From NCBI GenBank assembly GCA_964594455.1, contig CAZQLY010000004.1:61972-125971 (forward strand): DNA of 64,000 nucleotides, read 5' to 3'. The stretch's first letter is position 1. Every line of letters starts with the position of its first letter. The notes beneath the pieces were generated by a model. The model ran no database searches. It saw only the letters and a program-made list of their open reading frames with translations, and had not been told where the DNA came from. The translations under genes and the position numbers were made by a program. Shown here one piece after another: positions 18,708-28,116 of the stretch. The stretch comes from an uncultured Gammaproteobacteria bacterium (GTDB taxonomy: Bacteria > Patescibacteriota > Patescibacteriia > JAHIZJ01).

Positions 18708-19787
18708 TCAGATACCCGATTCGTCTTTCCCCGTTGCGTCACGTACCTGTTGTGCCAGCTTTTTCGTATTCCCGTGCCGTAACAGACCTAAATATGACTG
18801 AACGGTAGCTTCTGCCACCTGCTTGGCCTTGATGTTTTTGAACATTCTCCGCCTGGCCACGGTACGCAGTATGCGATGGTCGGGAAAATGCACCCAGCCC
18901 AGAAAATCCACTCCCGAAGCCACGGTCTCAATGGATACTTTGTCAGGGTGCAAATCCAGGTGCAGTCTGTCAGACAAAAAGTTCCTGATAAAAGACAAAA
19001 TACTTTCCAACCGCGCTTTATCTGACGAGAAATACACAAAATCGTCAGCATAGCGGATATAGTGCCGGGCTTTCAGTCCGTGCTTCACGTATTGGTCAAA
19101 CTCGTTCATGTAGACATTGACCAGAAGCTGGGAGGTAAGGTTGCCAAGTGGTAAGCCCTTTCCGTGTTCAATAGAAGAAAAACTGCTGATAATCTGGGCA
19201 AGCAGCCATTGAATGTCCGGGTCGGGAATGTAGCGGTTCACGATTTCAGAGAGAACAGAATGGTCTATCGAGGCAAAGAACTTCCTGATGTCGCATTTTA
19301 ATACCCAGCAGGTGCGGGTATGGTTGCGCGATACCTGGCAGGCGTATTTCCGAAACTGGTTAAGAGCTTTATGCGTTCCCTTGTTCACGCGGCAGGAATA
19401 TGAGTCGGCAATAATGGTGCGGTCAAAGAAAGGATAGAGTGCCCGGTACACAGCGTGGTGCAGCAGCCTGTCGCGGACGCTGGTCTTATGGATATTTCTG
19501 GGCTTGGGGTCGGAGATATTAAAAGCGTGGTAGGGCGAGTGCTTATAGGTTTTTCCTACTAAGTCTCGGTGCAGGGCAAGAATGTTAGCCATGAGATGTA
19601 ATTCAAAGAACTGCACGTCGGTGCGTGCCCGCTTGCCGCGCAAAAACTCCTGCCAGGCGTCGAGCAGATTCTCCACGGAAATGATATACTGAAAAGTGTT
19701 AAGAAACTGAATACGTCCCATGATGTCATATTCTACCCCCCCCCCCGCGATTTTGCCAGTGGCGCAAAAAGTAAAAAGCGCGTACAA
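18708..19787 (-). CDS. diversity-generating retroelement reverse transcriptase
   Basis: RT motifs are present, including LPLGNLTSQLLVNVYMNEF (the DGR-type [IL]GxxxSQ) and RYADDFV. There is no endonuclease or maturase domain. The true start may be the ATG at 19719. Confidence 0.85.
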   Translation of the reverse strand: MYALFTFCATGKIAGGGVEYDIMGRIQFLNTFQYIISVENLLDAWQEFLRGKRARTDVQFFELHLMANILALHRDLVGKTYKHSPYHAFNISDPKPRNIHKTSVRDRLLHHAVYRALYPFFDRTIIADSYSCRVNKGTHKALNQFRKYACQVSRNHTRTCWVLKCDIRKFFASIDHSVLSEIVNRYIPDPDIQWLLAQIISSFSSIEHGKGLPLGNLTSQLLVNVYMNEFDQYVKHGLKARHYIRYADDFVYFSSDKARLESILSFIRNFLSDRLHLDLHPDKVSIETVASGVDFLGWVHFPDHRILRTVARRRMFKNIKAKQVAEATVQSYLGLLRHGNTKKLAQQVRDATGKDESGI

Positions 19788-20118
19788 ACTCTGGTACGGC
19801 TACTATCAAACGCTTCCGAAAACGGCCCGTTATTCTCTGGGTCAGAAGGTTGACTGTTTGTTTGTGGACATTATCGAAGCCGTGGCCACGGCCAGCTTTT
19901 TGGCACGACAGGAAAAACTGCCTTACGTCAGGCGGGCTATCCAGAAACTGGACGCTATGAAGATTCTCCTTATGGTGCTTTGGGAGACCAAATCGCTCGA
20001 CAACAAGAAATATGCTGCCCTGTCCGGGCCTTTGGATGAAGTAGGTAGGATGTTAGGCGGCTGGAACGGACAGCTTACAAAACAAAACTCTCCCAGACAA
20101 GGGAGAGAAACGAGGTAA
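19720..20118 (+). CDS. avd: DGR accessory variability determinant (Avd); four-helix-bundle protein
   Basis: KSAYKLWYGYYQTLPKTARYSLGQKVD...FLARQEKL...KILLMVLW...EVGRMLGGW matches the four-helix-bundle/Avd family. Its stop sits immediately before the TR. The start may be GTG at about 19762. Confidence 0.75.
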   Translation: MMSYSTPPPAILPVAQKVKSAYKLWYGYYQTLPKTARYSLGQKVDCLFVDIIEAVATASFLARQEKLPYVRRAIQKLDAMKILLMVLWETKSLDNKKYAALSGPLDEVGRMLGGWNGQLTKQNSPRQGRETR

Positions 20119-20119
20119 G

Positions 20120-20242
20120 TTGCGCGAACCGCCGCAGGGTTGTTGTCATTCCAGTCGTTGTCGAGCCAGTTGTAGTTCCAGTTCCACCTGTCACCGTCCC
20201 AGTTGAGGTAGCGGACGTTGAGATTGCCGTCAGAGTTGCGGT
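20120..20242 (-). repeat. DGR template repeat (TR)
   Basis: 123-bp repeat of 20607..20729. On the minus strand it carries A at 11-12 positions where the VR copy differs. The shared GC-rich 3' segment ttgcgcgaaccgccgcagggttg looks IMH-like. Confidence 0.8.
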
Positions 20243-20598
20243 TCTGTACAGCGTGCCGTCTATGCCACTGCCCTTTGAATACTCTTGGGGCTGTATCGTA
20301 TACGGCATAATAAATGCCCTAGCACGCTATACCAAGTAACTTCGTTTTTTGAGCGCCGTATTCTATTCTACTCCAAACTATAGCCTGGAATACTCGAAGA
20401 AATATGGTCACTGGATTCGGTCGTCAGCAACAGTAGTCGCTGACTGATTAACCTAGTACCGTTATTTAGTTTACAAAAAAGAAAAGACCCGCGCCATCCC
20501 GGTTGCGTCAGCACACCGGGACCACGCGGGCCGAGCGGACAAAGCTCTAAGAACTGAAATCAAAGACCAAAGAGGTCTAGGAGTTCAAGCTCAAAGTG

Positions 20599-21162
20599 CT
20601 ACTTACTTGCGCGAACCGCCGCAGGGTTGCCGTCACCCCAGCCGTTGCCGAGCCAGTTGTAGTGCCAGTACCACCTGTCACCGCCCCAGTAGAGGTAGCG
20701 GACGCTGAGATTGCCGTAAGAGTTGCGGTAGATGGTGCCCCAGAAGAACACAGCCCTGCCCTTCCAGCTTTCGGGGATGAGCTGATGGTTGGCCAGCAGG
20801 TAGTCGAGGACGCAGGCGTTCAGGACGGGCTGACCTTCCAGCTTCTTGCGAAGCTCGTTGCCGACGATAGAGCCGTCCTTCTGCCCTTTATCGAGGTAGA
20901 GAGCGACGGCGTCGCTGCTCCACTCGAACTTGCCACCCTTCTTGTGCTCGAAGACTTCCCAGCCGTCGGGGATGAAGGGGTTGGCGTCACAGTCGATTAT
21001 TCGTCTCGTGACCGCGACCTCCAACTGGCCGCGAATGAGGCCCCGAATCAGGTCAAGGTGAGGCGAAGTGCGGAGCTTTGTCACATCGTCGGGAGTGTAA
21101 CCACTGGCCTCCAGCGCGTCGCCGAGCTGGTTCATCTGGCCGACCGAGTACAGCATTGACAT
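20599..21162 (-). CDS. DGR variable target protein with C-terminal VR (C-type-lectin/FGE-like variable region)
   Basis: RBS aaggag. C-terminus ...NLSVRYLYWGGDRWYWHYNWLGNGWGDGNPAAVRASK is encoded by the VR. Confidence 0.75.
   Translation of the reverse strand: MSMLYSVGQMNQLGDALEASGYTPDDVTKLRTSPHLDLIRGLIRGQLEVAVTRRIIDCDANPFIPDGWEVFEHKKGGKFEWSSDAVALYLDKGQKDGSIVGNELRKKLEGQPVLNACVLDYLLANHQLIPESWKGRAVFFWGTIYRNSYGNLSVRYLYWGGDRWYWHYNWLGNGWGDGNPAAVRASK
20607..20729 (-). repeat. DGR variable repeat (VR)
   Basis: See the TR feature. Mismatches against TR fall almost exclusively at TR adenines. Confidence 0.8.
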
Positions 21163-21565
21163 CGTCAACTCCTTTCGTTTGGACACGTTCTTGATTAGAA
21201 CCCGTCCTGCCTTTTGCTTATGGCTACACCGTGCAGCCATAGCTAGAAACCGCCCCTTGTCTGGAGAAGCTTGTAGCTATGGCCACAAACGCAAGTAAAA
21301 ATATCCTTGTAAAGTACAGACAGGGCAGAGTATCATATTTACTCGTTTACGTCAAGCCCCATTGTAAAAACTACAATTGACATCCAAACCCAGTTCTGAT
21401 ATCCTCATCTGAAGATCTTTACAACCATTCCCTCTGGTGAAAAGGCTAGAAAAGTTCCAGCTTTCTCGCTGGAGGGAATCTAAGGATGGTGGTCAAAAAA
21501 ACACCCGGATTGTAATAGTCGCACAATCCACCCTTTTTCCTTCTGGGCCGTATCCACTAAAGAAA

Positions 21566-21721
21566 CACAATGCGATTTCTACTCCTCCTGGTGTTGACCA
21601 TCATTCTTGCCAAACTGTTCATTCCCGAGATTGCCGGACCTCTCGTCGACATCTTCAGCAAGTTGCTAACTGCTCTGTCCGTCTTTCTCGAACACCTGAT
21701 TGCTTCTGTCCCTGTTACCTA
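21566..21721 (+). CDS. small (51 aa) membrane peptide, hypothetical
   Basis: MRFLLLLVLTIILAKLF... followed by a strong terminator at 21760-21790. Confidence 0.35.
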
Positions 21722-22252
21722 GAGTAACAGCGACAGACAACACCTTGCGCCCCAATTGACTACCTATAGTCAGGGGCGCTTTTTTTTATTTGCCTAAATC
21801 CAATCCATCTACTCTATATGTAAGCGAGCGTTAACGCTCGCTTACGAATAGGGCTATCTTTAGCCATTGCAAATAACCCGCCGCAGGATTTATACTGCAC
21901 CAAATGCAATAAAATACAAATCGGGGGCGGGTTTTTGATTTTAAAACAACGGCCTTAGTTTCCTAAGGCCGTTGAATATTTATGATCCGCAAGTGCAGGG
22001 ATCATTGCCACAAGTTGGACATGGTTCCAACATTTTGTAGTCTCCCATCTTTACGGTTTAGCTTTGTTTTTGAATTATATCATATATTATATCTAGGCAA
22101 AAAATTAATAAATTTAGCTAAAGTAAGATAAATTTCTAAAGAATAGCTAAACTCAAACGTTAAAATACTGTTATTTTATCCCCATTTTATTGCCTTTTTT
22201 TAAATTTCAGCTATAATAAGTGCAGAATGTTAATAACTTATTAAGGAGACGT

Positions 22253-22537
22253 ATGGCAAAAGGACTAAGTAAGTCTCAGCTGTTTGCTCTCTTGGCCGAG
22301 AAATCAGGCCGATCAAAAAAAGAGATCTCTGATTTCATGGACCTATTGGCTGAAACCGTCTACAGCGAATGCAAAACCAATGGCGAGTTCACCTTTCCAG
22401 GTCTAGGAAAAATGGTCAAGAAAAACAGAGCAGCTCGTCAAGGCCGCAACCCAGCCACTGGCGAAACCATTCAGATTCCGGCAAAGACCGTTCTGAAATT
22501 CCGCGTGGCCAAAGCAGCCAAAGACGCAATTCTCTAG
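22253..22537 (+). CDS. hup: HU-family DNA-binding protein
   Basis: RQGRNPATGETIQIPAKTVLKFRVAKAAKDA is an HU signature. Terminator at 22548-22577. Confidence 0.9.
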   Translation: MAKGLSKSQLFALLAEKSGRSKKEISDFMDLLAETVYSECKTNGEFTFPGLGKMVKKNRAARQGRNPATGETIQIPAKTVLKFRVAKAAKDAIL

Positions 22538-22587
22538 CATCTAACTAACAAAAAAGGCCGAACCAAGGCCTTTTTTGTTATATATAT

Positions 22588-24309
22588 TTATCTCGCTGCG
22601 AAGAAGTGTCCGGTGGCAATTTTTACGCCAGTCTGTACGTTGGCTGGAAAGGCTAAGAACTCATGATAAATCTGAGCACCATCTTCACGCAATATTCTCA
22701 CTAAAGCTTGGTCGCCCGATCGCACTGCTACTACCCACTCATCTCGGCCATTATAATTAAAGTCTCCACCGGCCACGCTAACCCCGCCCCGGAAGTCAGG
22801 ATGGAATACAAAATATCCCGGATGCTTCAAACCTGTGCTGCCATCTTCACGTCGACCGAACATTCTGACATGTGGTCCGCCCCTAGTTTCCGGTCCGGTC
22901 AATATTTCATACTGACCATCACCATTCCAATCCAACGTGCCAAAGCTCACGCCGCCTCTGAAATCCTGCTGATAGGCAAAGAAGCCTAATATTCTTTCCT
23001 GAAATCTTCCATCAATAATATTAAACATGCGAACGTGCGGTCCCCCGCTATTGACCGAAGGAACAGTTAGCAGTTCATCCTTACCCATACCGTCAACGTT
23101 TGCTACTGTGATGCTTACACCTCCTCGGAGCTGAGGGCTGTAAGCAAAAAAGTTTTCGATCACCGGAGTATATTTTCCGTTCCGATAACCAAAGGTACGA
23201 ATATTTGGACCACCGTTGGAAGCTGGGGCTGTAACTATTTCCGCGCCCTGCCGGCCATCTAATTCTCCTAAGGCAACGTTTACTCCGCCAGTAAACCCAT
23301 CGTCATAAGCCAAGAAGCTATTTATTAAAATACCCTGGTAATTAAAAACTCTAATCTCTGGGATGCGTCCAGGGCCAGGACCTACGACTATTTCATCAAT
23401 GCCGTCATTCCCCAGATCACCCACCGCAACATTTACTCCTCCACGGAACGCTTCTTCATAGGCAAAAAACTGTGATAATAATTCTCCCTCTTTGTTGAAT
23501 ACTCTGATCTGGGGTCCTCCGCCCTGGTTTGCCGCCGCTACCACGTAGGTTTCTTGCAGCAATATTTGTTCTCCTCCTTCCGCGGTGCACTCACGACTTT
23601 CACCGGGTTTATACTCTTCTGTTCCACAGGAATTTTGGTCGGTGCATTCTCTGGTTTGTTGACCTTGGCTGCATTCTAACCAATCAGTACAAGTCCAATT
23701 CTCTTCACAGATATCTTGATTTTCTTCACAAGACTGGCTCTCAGACGGCTTATCTTGATAAGTACCGCAAGCGTTCAAGTCAACACAGGTTCGAGTTTGC
23801 TCCCCATCTATGCATTCGGTCCAAGTAGAACAAGACCAGCTTTCAAAACAGGCTGTTGTTTTTGCTGCCACGTTTGATAACAACGATTCATTGTCTTCGT
23901 CATCATATGTTTTGATGGCAAAATAATATGTAGTTTTGGGATTCAGTCCTGTGATCAAAAATGTTTCAGTAGAATTAGCTGACTTTGGTGTGGGAGGGTT
24001 TTGAACAACTGTGGCTTGACTCCAATTATTATTGGTAATGGAAAAGGTGGCGTAACGGATATCATAACGCACTGCTTGGCCAATATAGCTGTCATCTCCT
24101 GGAGCAGTCCAAGACATTGTCACAGAGTTTGAAGCATCCGCGGCTAAAACAGAAGGGAAAGAAACTGCCGCCGTTGTTACCACATTACCCGCAAAGACAA
24201 TTACCAACATTTTCAAAAACACCCAAAGCATTCCCATAAATAAAGGATAAGCAACTAATCTACTGGTAATGGTTTTGGTAGAAGTGGCCGTCGGAATATA
24301 CATAATCAT
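22588..24309 (-). CDS. surface protein: TM anchor, FN3 domain, two Cys-rich modules, FG-GAP-like beta-propeller repeats
   Basis: Repeats GDxxGDGxxEIxxGPGxGGGPxIRxF. Cys module CxxxWxCxxWxxCxxGxQTRxCxDxNxCG. 4-bp overlap with the upstream giant gene. Confidence 0.8.
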   Translation of the reverse strand: MIMYIPTATSTKTITSRLVAYPLFMGMLWVFLKMLVIVFAGNVVTTAAVSFPSVLAADASNSVTMSWTAPGDDSYIGQAVRYDIRYATFSITNNNWSQATVVQNPPTPKSANSTETFLITGLNPKTTYYFAIKTYDDEDNESLLSNVAAKTTACFESWSCSTWTECIDGEQTRTCVDLNACGTYQDKPSESQSCEENQDICEENWTCTDWLECSQGQQTRECTDQNSCGTEEYKPGESRECTAEGGEQILLQETYVVAAANQGGGPQIRVFNKEGELLSQFFAYEEAFRGGVNVAVGDLGNDGIDEIVVGPGPGRIPEIRVFNYQGILINSFLAYDDGFTGGVNVALGELDGRQGAEIVTAPASNGGPNIRTFGYRNGKYTPVIENFFAYSPQLRGGVSITVANVDGMGKDELLTVPSVNSGGPHVRMFNIIDGRFQERILGFFAYQQDFRGGVSFGTLDWNGDGQYEILTGPETRGGPHVRMFGRREDGSTGLKHPGYFVFHPDFRGGVSVAGGDFNYNGRDEWVVAVRSGDQALVRILREDGAQIYHEFLAFPANVQTGVKIATGHFFAAR

Positions 24310-27300
24310 AGTGTTTCTAGATCGGTTATTCGTCCCGGGGGTGTCGAATCACAGCTTTGTATTTCGTCCGGTTTGTTGGAGTCAGCACCGCAATTATTTT
24401 GGTCAGAGCACTGCCTGGTCTGATAGCTGTCAACACAAATAGACCATTCAGTACATTGCCATTCTGGAGTACAATCACTAATCCCGTCCATAACCGTGAT
24501 AGTTATCGAATCAGTATCAATACCTTCATAATCATCCGTAACAGTAAAGACGATATCGGTATATACGCCTGACTGTTCAGTGTCGGGCTGCCAAGAAAAT
24601 GATCCCGTTCTATCACCATTATCAATAAATGCTGCGCCTTCGGGCAGATTATCTGCCGTTAAAACTAAGGTGTCTGCTACATCATCGTCTGTGGCAATAA
24701 TAGTAAACTCCAAACTGTCCATCTCATGAATGTTTTTGTCCTCAGCGTCAACCAGGCTTGGCTGTCTATTGGTATTAGCAATAGTGATAGTGATAAATTC
24801 AGCGTCAGTAGTAAGACTATCAGTCACACTGAAACTAACAAAAGGATAATTGGCAGCTTGGTCATAATCCGGCGTCCAAGAAAATGTCGCTGTCTTATCA
24901 CCATGGTCCTGAAGGTCTGAGCCGGCCGGACCATTATACATAGTGAATACCAGCGTATCGCTATCGCTGTCAGTGGCGCTAAGATCAAACGTTAAAAGCT
25001 CTCCTTCTGATCCCTCTTGTGATCCAATAGGGGCGAGGACTGGGCGGAAACTAAACTCTAAGGCTGTTGAATACTCGGAGGGTGTGGTTTCAAAATCGGT
25101 CCCCTCTTCGACAGCTGAAACTCTATACTTCCAAGTACCTGTGGTTGGCTCATCCAGATAAGAGATGATTGAGCCATCAGTTTGATCGACCGTATCCACC
25201 AAGATTTCTTCTTCTGTATTAACATTCTTTCTGTAAACATTATAATAATTTATGTCATCTTCAGAATTTGGCGTCCATTCGACTCTGACATAATCACCAT
25301 TATGCCTGGTAGCTGTAGGCTGGGCTGGACTATTGGGCCGATTCTGATCCAAGGCCTGGATTAATTCTGCTACTGTCATGCCCGAGTGGCCAATTATATA
25401 AATCGGCGCCATATCTATATCAACATCAAAACTACTGCCTGAACCGACATCAATCGGGTTTCCTTCGATATCAATGACATCAACATTATCTGTATTAACA
25501 GGCACTCCTTCCAAACCCGCCCCGCTGTATTCCTGGTCATAATTAAAGATTGTGGCAATAGGCACGGTTTGATCTGGAAGATTCAAATCAGGAGCCTCAA
25601 AAATAAATGCTCGACTATAATCGTCAAGGATCCCATTGGTTCTCAGGTCTTCGGTTTCTACACGTCGAATATACTCGGAATTTTCCAGCAAAGTCGTCAT
25701 CTGAGCGTAAGCAGTGGCAGTAATCATGGGAGTATTGTCGTATTCAAAAAAGCTATAACCTAAATACGTCGGTGCGTAGGTATTGAATAGTCCAAAGAAA
25801 AATCCTTTATCAATCCCATTAGCTATTAAATATAAGTGAACACGAATACTATCTGATGTAACCTTCCGAGCCATGGGTATTGATCCACTCATATTCTTCC
25901 ATTGCTGCCAATCTGAATCGCCTACCCAGCCAGGCACACCATTAACCATGGCTGTATCAGGATAAATTCTTGGATGGTTGTAGCCAAACTCGCTATTCCA
26001 GTTTGGCTTTGTATTCTCGCCATCCGGTGAAGAATCATCCAAACGCCCCATCCAGGTGTTTATTCCATCATCAATATCGGTCCGGCTCGTTCCTGAACCA
26101 TCTTCGGGTATTTGACGAAATCCATGTTGGAATCGATCATAATGATGTGGTGCAAAAATATCAAACAACCCATATCCAGAACCATGGATACCATCATCAT
26201 ATGTCAGCATTTCATTTAACCAATCATCACCACGGCTAGGGCCAACAACTTTGTTTTCAATCGTATCTTGGTTGGCGTGGATAGCCTCTTCGGCCCGCCA
26301 AAGATAAGCATAATATTCTTCCGCTTCTAAGGTGTTTGGTTCATTCAATACTTCATAAGCATTTATATCATCACCGTAATGTTCAACTGCAGTCCCGACA
26401 AATTGCTGCCAAGTTCCCGCTGGCCCCTCTTCTCTACCGATCACCGGCATCAAAGAAATATGATGGTTGGCTGCTGCCTCTACATAATCATCTAAGTAAG
26501 GGTCTTCATCAATGCCGTCTTCAATATTATCTTTAACAATCATCGGGAATTCTCGGGAGTACTTTATGCCCAGATCACGGGCTATTTCTAAATACTCATT
26601 GAGCGGACGGTTAGCAGAAAAATAGTAATGATCATAGGTACTGCTGATATCCAACAAACCTAACGATACATGGTTTCCAAAAAATGAATCAGTTATATCC
26701 TGATCCCGATAAGGAGATTTCTCCGCAATTCCCAGGACTAAAAACTCTTTATCCAGCATCTTTGATTCATCGGGTGTCCAGAGTTCATAAGCCAGGGTAA
26801 ACCACCCCTTGGATTTTAATGGCGCTGCCGCGGCTATCAGGCTGGATAAATCTTGGGTTATAGTCTGACGGTTAGAAGCATCATGTGAAACCAATACCTC
26901 TCCCTGGTCCAAAGCCGTATTTGTATCAAAATAATCCCCTAAGCTGTCATACAGCTGCCATTTTATTTTCGAATCGTTATCTAACGAGGTTTTTTCCAAA
27001 ATTTCTAACTGGGTATATATATTCTCACCATCATCCAACCAATAAAAATTACCGTTTTTGGGATTCGCGCCTTCTGCATCGGTAGAAGTGTAGGCAAATA
27101 GTTCTTGCTGAGAAGTTTGATAGATATAATCAGTTGGTGCGGGATTACTCTGGTTGGAAGCATACTCAAACTGTATAGCGTCAACTAAAAGAACTCCCAT
27201 GCCCCAACACTGGGGCTGGAGAGTACTACTAACTAATAATTCCGGATGAAATATCTCCCCAGCCTGGATCATGGGGTCGCTAGTGGTTGCAACATACACT

Positions 27301-28010
27301 CGTTTCCAGCCCTCAGCTGGTGTAACACTAAATTGACCAGACCCTTCAGTATAGTTATCCCAGATATCGTTATAAATCCTCAAACGAACTCCAATAGCTG
27401 TGTTGGAGCAAGAATCATTGTCATCAACTTGTCCTCCAACCTCTGTGGCCTTTAGCCAAACAGAAAAAACATATCGGCCAGTTTCTGGTGCTGTAATATA
27501 ATTGAGATCAATAGAGGCTCCTCCGGCATTACGATTATCAAATTTTAAACTGTATTCTCCATCGTAAGAATCTTCATCAGTTAGACTTGTCATAACTAGG
27601 CCTCGAACCGGATCGTCAGCAAAAATATCACCACTACCAGGGTTGTAATAGTCATAATGAAGCCTCTGAGTAACGCTGATGGAATCGTAGACCCCATTAA
27701 CGCCAAACTCAAAACTCGAGTCCTCGGAAATCAAATTTCTAGTCTGATACTCACCGCATAATTCACCCTCAGACACGTCACCACGATAAGTGCAATGATT
27801 CTCATAGGTCTCCGAATAAGGATATGAAACGCCTTTTACCTCTCCTGAGGCACCCGTCGAATCATTTAGGTTCAATGAATAAAAAAAACCGACCAGCAAA
27901 ACCAGTCCGAGATATAGCACGATTAAAGCGTTTGTAGCCGATTTGCTCAGCCACACCCACAGTTCGTTCTTCTGTTTTACTTTCTTTTTCTTGGAACGCA
28001 TTGCGCTCAA
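24306..28010 (-). CDS. giant (1234 aa) membrane-anchored surface glycoside hydrolase (clan GH-A/GH5-like) with putative-Ig (He_PIG-like) repeats and a C-terminal Cys-rich module
   Basis: N-terminal TM helix. AYEVLNEPN contains the GH5 acid/base NEP motif. Tandem Ig-like repeats. C-terminal CTPEWQCTEWSICVDSYQTRQCSDQNNCG. Confidence 0.7.
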   Translation of the reverse strand: MSAMRSKKKKVKQKNELWVWLSKSATNALIVLYLGLVLLVGFFYSLNLNDSTGASGEVKGVSYPYSETYENHCTYRGDVSEGELCGEYQTRNLISEDSSFEFGVNGVYDSISVTQRLHYDYYNPGSGDIFADDPVRGLVMTSLTDEDSYDGEYSLKFDNRNAGGASIDLNYITAPETGRYVFSVWLKATEVGGQVDDNDSCSNTAIGVRLRIYNDIWDNYTEGSGQFSVTPAEGWKRVYVATTSDPMIQAGEIFHPELLVSSTLQPQCWGMGVLLVDAIQFEYASNQSNPAPTDYIYQTSQQELFAYTSTDAEGANPKNGNFYWLDDGENIYTQLEILEKTSLDNDSKIKWQLYDSLGDYFDTNTALDQGEVLVSHDASNRQTITQDLSSLIAAAAPLKSKGWFTLAYELWTPDESKMLDKEFLVLGIAEKSPYRDQDITDSFFGNHVSLGLLDISSTYDHYYFSANRPLNEYLEIARDLGIKYSREFPMIVKDNIEDGIDEDPYLDDYVEAAANHHISLMPVIGREEGPAGTWQQFVGTAVEHYGDDINAYEVLNEPNTLEAEEYYAYLWRAEEAIHANQDTIENKVVGPSRGDDWLNEMLTYDDGIHGSGYGLFDIFAPHHYDRFQHGFRQIPEDGSGTSRTDIDDGINTWMGRLDDSSPDGENTKPNWNSEFGYNHPRIYPDTAMVNGVPGWVGDSDWQQWKNMSGSIPMARKVTSDSIRVHLYLIANGIDKGFFFGLFNTYAPTYLGYSFFEYDNTPMITATAYAQMTTLLENSEYIRRVETEDLRTNGILDDYSRAFIFEAPDLNLPDQTVPIATIFNYDQEYSGAGLEGVPVNTDNVDVIDIEGNPIDVGSGSSFDVDIDMAPIYIIGHSGMTVAELIQALDQNRPNSPAQPTATRHNGDYVRVEWTPNSEDDINYYNVYRKNVNTEEEILVDTVDQTDGSIISYLDEPTTGTWKYRVSAVEEGTDFETTPSEYSTALEFSFRPVLAPIGSQEGSEGELLTFDLSATDSDSDTLVFTMYNGPAGSDLQDHGDKTATFSWTPDYDQAANYPFVSFSVTDSLTTDAEFITITIANTNRQPSLVDAEDKNIHEMDSLEFTIIATDDDVADTLVLTADNLPEGAAFIDNGDRTGSFSWQPDTEQSGVYTDIVFTVTDDYEGIDTDSITITVMDGISDCTPEWQCTEWSICVDSYQTRQCSDQNNCGADSNKPDEIQSCDSTPPGRITDLETL

Positions 28011-28116
28011 ATAATGAATAAATTATAACCTTTTTTATTGTTTCAGTCAATTAAAAAAATCCCGCTTAGCGCACTAAGCGGGACTCGAGAGGAATGAACC
28101 ATGAAGCGAGCTGACA

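Noticed and set aside
18330-19787. Group II intron or retron interpretation of the reverse transcriptase
   Set aside because: The RT has the DGR-type LGNLTSQ motif rather than the QGxxxSP of group II introns. I found no domain V/VI-like structure downstream and no msr/msd. The adjacent Avd gene and the adenine-biased TR/VR pair point to a DGR.
20075-20308. ORF 20075..20308 (-), a Thr/Gly-rich 77 aa product, and ORF 20596..21159 (+)
   Set aside because: They read through the DGR TR (non-coding template) and antisense to the VR-containing target gene. The low-complexity products are artefacts of the repeat composition.
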